Notes under the pieces: generated by a model
Database searches by the model: none
What the model saw: the letters and a program-made list of their open reading frames with translations, nothing else
What the model was told of the DNA's origin: nothing
Shown: in pieces, positions 40,422-53,207 of the stretch
Layout of the letters: each line of letters opens with the position of its first letter
Numbering within the stretch: position 1 is the first letter of the stretch
Assembly: GCF_006345805.1 (NCBI RefSeq)
Contig: NC_042999.1
Span: 99,696,001 to 99,760,000, forward strand
From: Octopus sinensis
Taxonomy: Eukaryota
Length of the DNA stretch: 64,000 bases
Direction: 5' to 3'
Translations under genes and position numbers: made by a program

Positions 40422-40835
40422 CAAAGACATAGAATTTAATGAAATTAGAACAGATTGACACATTAGTACAATTATACCTAAAATCTCCATGAAGTTAAGG
40501 AGATAGACAAAGAACATATTGTACTTAGGTATAATCATACTAATGTGACCATCTGTTCTAATCTAATTAAATTCTGCAACCATACTCATGTCTCATTACT
40601 ACTTCCTGTAACTATCTTTGGGAATTTACCATGCAAAGCCTTCTCTTGCCAGTCAGATAATCCCTATGTCTTATTGTGACTCTAGCGGCTCTTAGTACAC
40701 TTTCTTCACTATTACCTATATACTTGCGTTTATAAGAAGCGTCTAATGGGTATTGTACGATACAAAGAAGGTGATATTTCGAACGCAGTATTACTGTTAA
40801 AACAGCAGAAATAATGGGTAATATTACCTTTATAA

Positions 40836-41077
40836 CGTTATCTAATTTATTTACATTTGACGGATATCTATCCTCCTCTTCTTTGTTGTTAACACAACGC
40901 TTCGCCTGATATACCCACCAGCCTTCATCAGGTGTCTTGGGGAAATTTCAAACCTGGGTTCTCATTCCTAAGGTATTTTTTTATGTTGTTGTTGTTGTAG
41001 TCGGGTAGTCATGATGGGTTGAGCTTTGTATATTTTACCCCAGTGTCACTTTGATGGCATGCACTGCTCTTTCACTC

Positions 41078-41141
<64 letters not shown>

Positions 41142-41290
41142 TCGTGAAATACCTTAGGAATGAGACCCTTGGTTCGAAATTTCCCCAAGACACCGGATGA
41201 AGGCTGGAGAGTTTATCAACCGAAACGTTGTATTAACAAGATGAGGATATAAATAATGTACATAATTCCTCAACTCTTAAATATAGAACT
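40836..41290. mobile_element. Inverted-repeat element carrying two divergent hammerhead-like motifs, 15-bp TSD
   Basis: Arms ~40845-40980 and ~41140-41260 are reverse complements; TSD ATATTACCTTTATAA at 40821-40835 and 41291-41305. Confidence 0.8.
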
Positions 41291-42150
41291 ATATTACCTT
41301 TATAAGACGGAAAAAGTTGTCAACAAATAGTCATTGGAGTTGACCCCATATTCCCTAAGACACCAGCTGAATGCTTTGCCATTAAGCTAAACTACCCCCT
41401 GACAACTTATCCACCGATTTTAGACGCTAAATAGATAGCTTATTGAAATGTAATGACCACGTATGTATAAATAAACAAACTTACATTTGTTTTTAATTAG
41501 AAGCGTCAAATGTGTATTACACGATACAGAGAAGATGGTGATATTTTCGAACGCAGCATTGCCGTTAAAACAGCAGAAATAATGGGTAATATTAGCCTTA
41601 CAAAACAGAAAAGCTTGTCAACAAACAGCCATGGGAGTCATTTTTACATAATCCAATATATTATTTCTTTTTAGTTTCGTTATTTTGCTGAAATAAGGCG
41701 ACCTCAGCTGCGTATTCAACTGAGCTAACTATGAAAGTCTGGACGAGGAAGGAAGTATCTGGGTTCCTGAAGTTACAGTTTGGAGTGGATGCCTGTTGTG
41801 GCTTAAGTGTAATAATGTTTTTCATTTTGGGGCTATAGTTGTTTCTAACAAAATTTTGTATGTATGTATGGGCACTGGATATCTTGCCCAGGCTTCTCTC
41901 TCGATCATGTCAATAGGGTAGTGACGGTTTGTGAGATGCTGTGAAAGACTTTTTGAACTTGAAATTGTAAGTCACGCAATCGCCAGTCGGGTAAGAGGGC
42001 ACCACGGTGAACATGGAAGCCGCGGGAGCGAACCTAGTTGAAGCCAACCGCGGGTGCAATATTAATTAGCATGGGTGTTGCTATGAGCAACGTTTTGGGA
42101 TAGTTTTTCTCGGTCGCGAGTGGACAGTGGTCATGTATGTGTGTATGTAT

Positions 42151-42987
42151 GTCATTACTCAGTTTTATTTCAAGATTTCTTGCCAATAGAGAATTTCAAC
42201 AATACCAACAGAGTATTTTACATATATGTATATATATGTGCCGCATTTCGAGTCAGTGGATGTTCACATTTGTATGTTTTGTTTTATGTATGCATTTTCA
42301 TGCATGTCTAGACAGGTACACATATACTTAAATGATAAACTTCTGGAAAGTTTAAAAGAATTTAACAGATTCAGTGGTGGCTAGGATCTATAGTCTTCGA
42401 ATCAGCTCTCTCCTTTCTGGTTTTGAGAAGCCTTATTTCTCAAGATTGAGTCTTAAACAGTGTGTTACATATCCCACTGCCTCAGTAATTACAGGTATAA
42501 GCCTGAATTTAGTGAAGGCGCATGTCTCAGTGGTTAGAGCGTCGACCTTACAATCGTGAAGTTATGAGCTTGATTCCCGGACCGGGCTGCGTGTTGTGTT
42601 CTTGAGCAAGACACTTTATTTCACGTTGCTCCAATTCAGTCAGCTGCAGAAATGAGTTGCGACGTCACTGCTGCCAATCTGTATCGGCCTGTGCCTTTCC
42701 CTTGGATAACATCGGTGGCGTGAAGCGGAGAGACTGGTATGCATGGGCAACTGCTGGTCTTCCATAAACAACCCTGCCCGGACTTGTGCCTTGGGGGATA
42801 ACTTTCTAGGTGCCATCCCATGGTCATTTGTGACCGAAGGGGGTCACCCAAGCCATAACTTAATTTGGATAGAATAACTGTAGTTTTCTCAATATTTCAG
42901 CCTAAGTATTTTTCTCTTCTCTAAACTTTTAGCTTTATGTTAACATCAGTTGGGTAGCTGATTTCCACCACTGTACACAGATTATCT
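42151..42987 (-). mobile_element. 3' end of an RLE-type (R4/Dong-like) non-LTR retrotransposon, interrupted by a SINE
   Basis: Minus translation CTVVEISYPTDVNIKLK ... KFRLIPVITEAVGYVTHCL..NLEK*GFSKPERRELIRRL, typical of the restriction-like endonuclease C-terminus. Both ends abut (TATG)n. Confidence 0.7.
42512..42846 (+). mobile_element. tRNA-derived SINE nested in the RLE element
   Basis: GTGAAGGCGCATGTCTCAGTGGTTAGAGCG...TTGATTCCCGGACCGGG head, then GTGTTCTTGAGCAAGACAC. Confidence 0.85.
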
Positions 42988-43190
42988 TATGTATGTATGT
43001 ATGTATGTATGTATGTATGTATGTATGTATGTATGTATGTATGTATGGATGGATGGATGTATGTATGTATGTATGCATGCATGCATGTATGTATGTATGT
43101 ATGTACGTATGTGTGTATGTATGTATGTATGTATGTATGTATGTATGTATTTATGTCTTTATGTATGTAAGTATTTATGTATGTATGTAT

Positions 43191-43297
43191 GTCATTATTC
43201 AGTACATTTCAAGATTTCTTGCCAATAAAGAACCGGTTTCTAACCTAGATCCATGTTTCCTTTATTGGAATTTAAACATCAACAACAGGGTATTTTT
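43191..43297 (-). mobile_element. Second, 5'-truncated 3'UTR copy of the RLE element
   Basis: GTCATTATTCAG...TTTCAAGATTTCTTGCCAATA matches 42151-42190; embedded in (TATG)n. Confidence 0.7.
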
Positions 43298-43934
43298 GTT
43301 TGTATGTATGTGTGTATGTATGTATGTATGTATGTATGTATGTACGTATGTATGTATGTATGCATGCATGCATGCATGCATGTACGTATGTATATATGTA
43401 TGTATGTATATATGTATAAGCTCAATCTGTTTTTCTTATAGCATTATACTGTTCAAAACAGAGAATAATTACTTTTTTAAAACATATAGTACACAATGAA
43501 TACAGGCCTAGATATCTTGCAATTTATTCAGATGAACAGCCTCATATCTTGACATCTTCATTGCTGACTGCCATATAATTTGAAATGTTTATTAATATGA
43601 ATTGTATTTTCTGATAGCAGCTTTTACAGTGCATTTTAACACTTATGTTTCGAACCCTCTTAAAACCACGCAGTTAAGTGTTTACTTGTTAAAATTCCCT
43701 TAGTTGATCCAGTGGAGCTTATAGATTAAACATCAAGGATAAAGGAAGATTGAGTGGTGGGAAGTTTTCTTTTTAATGCTCTAGATATCTTGTAACTTGC
43801 ATATAATATACTTAGAGATTTTATTGAATTATGAGTGGAGTGTAAGTACAATGAATATTTTAAATCTTCCTTCAATTATTCCATGTTCATCGTTCGAATT
43901 GGTTTCATTATTTTCGCTATTAATAATAACACGG

Positions 43935-44135
43935 CAAGCTGGGAAAATTGTTACCACGCCGGATAAAATACTTAGTGACATTTTTCTGAATATACTTCCT
44001 GTGTTCATATATAGCCGAGGCCGACTTTGCCTTTCATTCTTTCGGAATCGATATAACAAGTACCTGCTGAGTACTGGAGTTGCTGTAATTGACTATGTCC
44101 CATCCTCCAAATTTTGGCACTTGTGTATATAGTAG
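43935..44135 (+). mobile_element. Decayed Nin-core SINE
   Basis: GCCGAGGCCGACTTTGCCTTTCATTCTTTCGGAATCGATA...AAGTACC. Confidence 0.65.
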
Positions 44136-45746
44136 AAAAGAATAATTAAATAGTAAACTAACTGCATGAAAAATAATGTAAACAAAACTTTTCGAGGAAT
44201 CTTTTTAGTGAGTCCTGAGAAGAAATTCAGTGTGGAATCATTGACTGCGGTGGAAATAGCGGCCAAGACACCTTTAAATCATGCTGTGCCGTCTTAGATA
44301 AAGAGAAAGATAGATTTGATAATGTAGTTGTAGTTACAATATTTTTGAATAAAGAAGGTAAAAAAAAAAAAACTTTTGATCATAGGTCATTTGAATAAGG
44401 GCCGACATAGGCAAATCTCTTCAATTACTAAGAGCAGTAGCAGTCATGACAACAACAACAACAAGAGCAATTCCTTTTTCTTCTAATTCGATCTCAGTAA
44501 ACACGTTTTCCAACTTCTATTTCTATTCTATTTAGAAATAATATTTGAAAGATCGTTTCCTGGCAAAATATTGTTCACATACTCTAGTGTTTTGTTTTGT
44601 TTCATAATTTTTAGTATTGTTATTAAAGTCTGTATTATCTTCGTGACAACATCGTCGAGTCATATCAAAAGTGTGATATGTATCAAATCTTAAGTTGTTA
44701 ATTAACATAATCACAAGACTAGAATTGAAATTCTGAAAGTCTGTGACACAGACATACCTTACAATGCTGATGTAAGGAGTAATCAACAAAGCCTCTACTC
44801 GGACGATTGTCGTAATAAAAATAACAGCCAAATCTTCTAAAGGCACACATTGCTCGAAGAAATCATATACAGGTTCTGCTAGAAATAGCAACCGAGTCTC
44901 ATTAAACGCTTACTGCAACGTATCAGAAGAGATAATGTGGTTCTGGTTTCTATACTTTCCATCATCAGTATGAAAAATTTGGCATTAAATGTAGCTAAGC
45001 ACCACCAATATAGTCAGCAACAACGACAAATACAAGTACTGAAATGACAAAAGATAAGGTTGTCGGGGCTGGAATAACTTTGATTATAGTTTTGCCCTAC
45101 AGTGCCGGCCTGGAGCTAAAGAATAATATTATTGCTAAAATTAAACATTAAAAAATATTTCCTTCTTAAATGCTATCATATTCTTGTTGCTCCAGAGCAA
45201 CAAGAATAAATTAAATTAAATATCCCTTTATAGAAAAGTGTGCAAATAGTAATGTACGTATGACTGTGTGGTATGAGTGCGTGTGTGTGTCTGTGTGTGT
45301 GCGTGCTTGTGTGTGAGATGGCAGGAATTTTCATGTTTGCTTGATTTAAATAATTTTTCTTTTATATATTTTTTCAGCAATGACCGACGTTTGAAACACT
45401 GTCATTTTGTTAGTTCTTCAAAGACGTCGTTGATTACTGGAACTGACAGTTACAATGTTTTCTTGTACTTCCAAGACTACAGTTTTCAAAGGCAATCAAG
45501 GAATGTTAATTACAACCAGGATAGATCTGTCCGATTTTAATTTAGTAAGTAAACTAATTTCGATCATGTTAGCTGATAATATATATTACATGTCTCAAAA
45601 TCAAATTATAGAATCAATCTTTTAGCAAATTGTTTGATCCTCCTGAAACATGTAATCTGCAGTCCAAAAACAAAACGGGAAACGAGACAATACCCAAAAA
45701 TATATAATATATATATATAACAAGTGTTTTATTATTATTATTATTA

Positions 45747-45779
<33 letters not shown>

Positions 45780-46152
45780 AGAAAGATCAGAGGAAAATGC
45801 TAGGTTGTTGAAAAAGTAATGTTAATAACACACTAGAAATGCTACTGAAGAAACTGATAAAGGACATTAATAAAAATAAAAGCAAAAGAGGGAAAATTTG
45901 AAAATTGTGAAATAATATTTATGAGACCCATTTATTGCAAAGAGAATGAAAAGTTCCGAAATCTCCCATCTACAGAAGGTAAAATTTAGTTTGAATGCAA
46001 TATTTTGTACAAATGGAAGAATATAATAAAGTTTATAAGTAATTATGAGCAATCGGCTATATATATATATATATATACTGAATGGAAATAGTATTAAAAT
46101 AAAAATCTATTAATCACATCTCTGGAAGAAATTCGTGAGAACAAAATTTAAA

Positions 46153-48184
46153 ATGTTCTACAAAAAACCGTTAAAGTCTGCATCATTAGCGACAGAGACT
46201 AAAATCACAAGACCGAATGTTAAAGTTTCTAATCATCAAACTGAGACGGAAAGTAACCCTACCGTTTTGAGGAAGGTTATCTATTACCAGAACCGGTTTG
46301 TTGTGATAGATACCGTTCAGAAAAATGATCTGTCTCCGTCGCTTCCTAAAAATTCCCAAAATGATACAGTCGAGGATAGTACGGCCATTGGTTCTTCTAG
46401 TGAAGCAAAAGGTGTTAAAAATAATATTGATAACGGTAGCACAAAATTCTCCAAATTGGCAACTATTGATGAGGTTCCGACGGAAAAAGAGGAAAGTTCA
46501 TTTGAAATTAGTGAGGACCCTGCTGAAAGAGATAAAAACAATACAAATAAAAAGAATATGCAAGATAAAAATAATGCCTATCTGTTAAGTAATAAAAATA
46601 ACATTCTGTATGATAATGTTGAAAATGCTTCTAACTGTTCATTTTTGTGGTCATCACACCCCAGTCTTAGTGCTTTAACTCTGGCAAAGACCCCTTCCGA
46701 GAGCAGCCTGATTGATAGCTACGAGGCGATCGTCTCTAGTAGTTCAAAAGTTGTATGTCCATTAGCGAGTGTAAATGTTATTCAAGCAAGCGACGTTGAC
46801 TTACTCGGTAATGTGACAATGACAGCGGCAGCTATAGCCGCTGCGATCAGTGGCATCACTATCAATATTTCAAATACAACGACAGCTGCAGTAGCAGATC
46901 CCCAGGTAACCTGCAGCACCGGAAAATTGCTAGAGCGCGTGCGCACTGAAAAAGCTGATGCCAGTCACTTGCCTACATTCCTGCCATCAGCCGGCTTGGC
47001 CTCACCAGCAGACGACGCTTTCAGTTCGCATGAAGACGCGTCCGATCTCCGCAGCCACCATCGGCTTGATAGCGCTGTCACGGACAGCACAGCCGAAGAT
47101 TCACCGAGCAAAAGTAGTGAAAACAGCACTAAATCTCCAGATAGCCAAGATAACATTTTTCAAGGAGTTCCCACTTATAAATCACACACTCAAAGAGAAA
47201 GTGAACGAAGCTACAATTACGATTATCAAGGTGAACAGAGAGAGAAAACAGAAGAAAAAAAAGAAGAGGAAATAGAAGCAAAACGAAATAAAAAGGACAG
47301 CTGTAGAAGGAAAGAATTTAAAAGAAATAAATACGGACGACACAGCACGGGTGTGAATGTAACTTTTCCTGAAAAAAATGTCCTTAAAGATTCAAAACAT
47401 TTTAAATTGACAGACTGTGATAACGACGATGTCAGTGGTGATAAGAGAGTTTTAAAAGAAAAGCAAATCGGCGCTACAGATAGAGGAATAATAATTACAT
47501 CAACAACAGTAAAAGCAACAACGGTAACGAAAAGAAAACCAACATCAAAAACAGCAGCTACAGCAACAACAACAACTGTCAGAGCAGACGCAGTAGCAAG
47601 ATCATCACCAGCATCAACAGCATCAGTAGCAGCAGCATCCCCAGTTACCATGGATACGCGGAGCATCGAGATAATAGTGAACGATGAAAACGAGACAAGT
47701 CATGTAGGGTACAGCAGCAGCAGCAGAGGTGGCGGGGGCGGCGGTGCAGCAGGAGGAGAAGGAGGAGGATGCAGAAGAAGTAGGGAAGGAACTGGAGATG
47801 TAGACAATTTCAACAGCGACGGTGAACCCGGTAATAGTAGTCGTGTCAGTGGCGTCCGCTCCCTCAGCGGAGGGTCGCTCCCATCTGGTGCATCTCTGAA
47901 CGCAACCAAGGGACGGACTTCGGTGAAAAGAGCTGCGAGTCGGAACAACAGCAGGGCTTCTATCCAGAATAAAAGCAGTATGGAGAAGAACATGACATGG
48001 AAAAGGATATCAAAGATACTGTTAGATGACCGGATGGGTGATATTGATGACCGTGAGAAGGTACTAAACCTAGATGAACCAGGGCAGTACCGAGTGTTGA
48101 AGAAAGTACTAAATATACTTTTTGTCACCATAGGGATCGCTCTGTTACTGGCCGTTATTGTCGTTGTTATCTACACTGCCATAG
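46153..48184 (+). CDS. Large coding exon of a probable single-pass (type II-like) membrane protein with a long low-complexity N-terminal region
   Basis: About 677 codons stay open in AT-rich DNA from an ATG in AAAATG context. The sequence is Ser/Thr/Lys/Glu/Gly-rich, then RVLKK followed by a 26-residue hydrophobic helix (VLNILFVTIGIALLLAVIVVVIYTAI). A consensus donor AG|GTAAGT follows at 48184/48185, and then intronic (CAC)n repeat. No recognisable family. Confidence 0.8.
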
Positions 48185-49161
48185 GTAAGTTGACGCATTC
48201 GTTTTCTCTCCTTCCACCACTGTCACCACTACCACCACCACCACCACAACCACAATGCAATCATTGTCATCACCACTACCAGCAACACCACTATCACCAC
48301 CACCACCACCATTTAATTTCCACCACCGCAAGCACCACCACAACCACTCCCATCACTACGCCCACCACCATACGATCACCACCATTACCTTCACTGCTCT
48401 TACTACCATTCCCCCACCACCACCACCACCATCACCTCCAGCTTTCGATAGAGATCGTTAAAAACTTATCTTCTTGCTTTATTAGTTGTTGTTTACATGC
48501 TGATGAAAACATTACGACGCACGCAGTAAACCCATCCTTACGCAAAACGCACGTACGACCAACTACCCAACGTATAAACTAAATTACAGACATAAAAATG
48601 CATAGACACAGTCACACGTCTACATACAAGTGCTCGCATAAACACTTATGCAAACGTCTACATACAGGTTACACGCTACCGTACATATTGGCAAACGAAT
48701 GGTTGAGTCATGTTGTATAATATATTTTCATTGCACAACGAAGTTGACCGTTCTGAAGCAGCGTGTGTGCACACACATGTACGCACGTACACACGCATGC
48801 GTGCACACACGACCAAACGCGTATGAAAAAAAATATATATATACACACACGCATATATATGTATATGTGTGTTGCGTGCATGTATGTGTGACTGTGTTTA
48901 TAAACACACAAACAAAACATGCATAACGTTATATATATAATGCGACTTCGTGAATTTCTATTATAAGGATATACACAAGAGCTTACATACATTCATAATA
49001 GGAATCTATCGGTATAGCTAGTGTATTGAGTATGATATAACAACTGTACATACGTGTACATGAGTGACTGCATGTATGTATATGCGAGTGTCTATGTGTG
49101 TGTACGCACGATTGTGTGCGAGTGTGCTTGAGTCTGTACATTTCACATCGGTCGTGTGTGA

Positions 49162-49211
<50 letters not shown>

Positions 49212-49287
49212 CATGTGGCTGTGTATATGTGTGTATGCATACAGAGATTATATACAAACCCATGTTTTATATATGATTAAATAAATG

Positions 49288-49333
<46 letters not shown>

Positions 49334-50076
49334 TATACACGCGCACAACAACGCGACTATACACAATTGCATTCTCGCATACATACATATACATATACAT
49401 ACGTAATACGTATATAAATACATATATATATGTTATGTATATATATATATATATTATATATATATATATATATATACATATAAGGTGGTTCCATTGCACT
49501 ATACTTATATGAATATATGTGTGTGTCAGTGCGTATTTATATATATATGTAGATATATGGATAAAGGTACATATGTATGTATGTATACATGTATGTATGC
49601 ATACATGTATGTATGCATGACTATGTGTATGTATGTATTATGTATGTGTGTGTGTATGTATGTATGTATGTATGTATGTATATGTATGTATGTATGTATG
49701 TATGTGTGTGTGTATGTAAGTAAGTATAGTCTATACTGAATTCCTCTACAAAGTAACCTCGCTCGCTTGCATACTTGTTTGTGATCGGAAGAATAGCTTT
49801 GATGACATCTAGCCTAGTTTGGTTATGAGAATTTCAAACATATCTGGACAAAATATACACTACGAGAGTGCACTCACACATGACAGACAACATAAAACGC
49901 GCACACACACGCACATACACAGATATATACATGCACACACCGGGAAAGACGCATACAAACGCGTCACCTACGCACGAACAAACAGATCTGTAACAACGTA
50001 TTTTAAAACATGCATACACGCAAGTATTACATACTACAACAATAAGATACTAGATATATATATATATATATATATA

Positions 50077-50126
<50 letters not shown>

Positions 50127-50689
50127 TATGGTGCAAACACAAAAGAAAGCATGCAGAGAGAAGTATTTCTGTGTTTGAAGTTATGTATGAGTGCATTAGT
50201 ATCTGTGATATTGTGTTTGACTATATGTAGGGACAAGTATGTAAGTACGCATATATGTGTATATATTTGTACAAACACACATACACACACACACATACAT
50301 ATATAGATAGATAGATAGATAAGGAGTGAGAGAGAAAGACAAAAAGAGAGAGAGAGGAGGGGGAGGGGGAGAGAAAGAGAAAGTATTGTAATATGTAGAA
50401 GAATGCAAAAACTGCTTCTATTTCCAAATACACTTGCAACGACGTGAATTGTTTTGTACTTACTTAATAAAATCTTTTTTATATCTTTCTCTCATTCGGT
50501 ATTTCTTCAATGAGGTATCTATGTATGAGTACACACACATACACACGCACACACACAAACGCACACACACAAACGCGCACACACAAACACACACACATAC
50601 ACACGCGCACACACAAACACACACAAAGACACCCATACTCACATGTGTGTATTTATATAACTATATACATGCAATTGGTACAATGCATA

Positions 50690-50742
<53 letters not shown>

Positions 50743-50743
50743 G

Positions 50744-50783
<40 letters not shown>

Positions 50784-50967
50784 CATACATACATACATAC
50801 ATACATACATACATACATACATACATACATACACGCGTGCGTACTCATATTTCCGTATGTATGTGCATATACATATGTAAATATATGAATATACGTACAT
50901 ACCTTTATGTATATATAAGTATGTATGTATGAATGGATAGATAGATATATAGATTGATAAATATTTT

Positions 50968-51030
<63 letters not shown>

Positions 51031-52020
51031 GTGACAATATGTATTTACATATATATGTATATATGTATGTATCTAAAATAATTATATTTATTTATGCTAC
51101 GCGATTATATCACACAGGTGTGAGATGAAATTAAGCGAAAGAAATTTCGTAGTTGATTTCAATAGAATCAAATATTCTTTTATACAAACCGGAGATTGAG
51201 TGCATCGCAACTCAGAGTTTCTCGTGGCCGATGCTCGGGTGACTAAACTCACATTAACGAAGCTTTCTTTTACACATACATTTCAATTGAACATTTTCGA
51301 GTCGCACTGAAAGGATTTGAGCTGTTTATTCAAATATGTGCATTTAACAAAATTATGTAAAAAAAAATGTATATAATGGGCAAAATATATATATATAAAC
51401 TCTACAAAAAATGTATCAAAATTTAGAAATTCTTCATAAATGTTCTTTGCGGGCACTCATAAGAATTAGTATAATTCGAAATCAATTAAGGAATCGGTAA
51501 TGAAGTAACCGTTTAGAAAGGGTACAAACTCGTGAATGAAGTATGTGAGAGTATATGGTTCTTCGACAAAGAATTTCCGCCGAATTCGTAATTTAAATTT
51601 TGGGTGTGCGTTACTATTTGAGATATAAATAGCTTATAACTTGGCTGATGGCTGCTTTAGCTAAAAGGGGTTCGTTCAGGTCATGTCAGTCATATTAGTC
51701 ATGTCATGCCAACCGTAGGTCATTGCAAGACACCTGTTATAAGTGTTTTCCTATTACAATGCAATAGGATTGGGCGCGGCTTGCGGAATGCTCGCACTCA
51801 CGTACGCAACCTACACACATACACGTGTTTGTACACAGTCACTCTCCCTAATACACATATACACACACACGCACGCACGTATGCACACGTGCACATATGT
51901 GAAATATGCATGTATGCAGATTACACAGAAACATACACGCAGACATACAGACATACATTTTTATATACAAATGCATATAGTCATATGTATGCCTCCTATA
52001 AATACATATAAATATGAATA

Positions 52021-52091
<71 letters not shown>

Positions 52092-52112
52092 GAGTATATA
52101 TCATTAACATTA

Positions 52113-52222
52113 TTATTTGTCGACTTTGTTTTTCATCCTTTCGTGGTCAAAAAAATAAGTGCCAGTTGCTGGGGTCAATCTAATCGACTTAGCCCATTCC
52201 CCGAAATTTCTGGCCCCCAAAA
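52113..52222 (+). mobile_element. Nin-core SINE 3' fragment
   Basis: GTCGACTTTGTTTTTCATCCTTTCGTGGTC...AATAAGTGCCAG...CTGGGGTCAAT. Confidence 0.65.
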
Positions 52223-52893
52223 AATGTGAAATCATCATCATCATTATCATCCTCATCATCATTATCATTATCATCATCAACATCATCATCATCATACTCA
52301 TCATCATCAATATAATCATCATCGTCATTATTATTCCTATTCTTATTCCTCTTATTGTTATTGTTATTATAATTATTATTATAAAGCAAAAGTTACACAG
52401 TGACTGAAGAGACGAGAGTTTCAGACATTGACACTTTTGCATATACACACACACACATATAGCTATAATCATGAATACGTAGCTCACACAAGCAAGTGCA
52501 TATGCACGCACACGCACACTTCGAATTAAAATTTATAATATGTGATGATATGGTCCCGTATATGGTATACTCGCATAAACGAGCAGCAAATGCATACAAG
52601 TGTATGCAAAAGCATGTGAATGTTCTCATCAATGATTTGATTATAAATTTCTGCGCAGACAGAGACCAGTGGATGCATAACAATTATACAGAAATGCAAT
52701 GTAAAAAGCAAAAAAAAAACAAAAATCTATAATGATTATAATGTATAATGAAGTCCCAAGCGGGGACGCTCAGAAAATTTTGAGAATCGCCTAAAGACAC
52801 TGGATTGTTGATATGAAATATAAGAGCCTTACTCTGTGTTAACACACACATACACACACATACTCGCACATAAGTATCTACATATATGTTCAA

Positions 52894-53207
52894 GTGGAGG
52901 CGCAATGGCCCAGTGGTTAGGGCAGCGGACTCGCGGTCGGAGGATCGCGGTTTCGATTCCCAGACCAGGCGCTGTGTGTGTTTATTGAGCGAAAACACCT
53001 AAAAAAGTTCCACGATGCTCCGGCAGACGGGGGCGGGGACCCTATTGTACCCTTTCGCTACTACTTTCACTCACTCTCTCTTCCTGTTTCTTGAGTAACC
53101 CTGCGATGGACTGCGATACGTCCTGTCCAGCTGGGGAGAAACACATACGCCACAGAAACCGGGAAACCGGGCCCATGAGCCTGGCGGCTAGGCTTGAAAA
53201 AGGCGAC
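52894..53207 (+). mobile_element. Full-length tRNA-derived SINE with 9-bp TSD
   Basis: A-box TGGCCCAGTGG, B-box GGTTTCGATTCCC; TSD TATGTTCAA at 52885-52893 and 53223-53231. Confidence 0.9.

Noticed and set aside
48185-48582. His/Pro/Thr-rich C-terminal part of the 815-aa ORF
   Set aside because: It follows a consensus splice donor and consists of (CAC)n-type repeat; most likely intron read-through.
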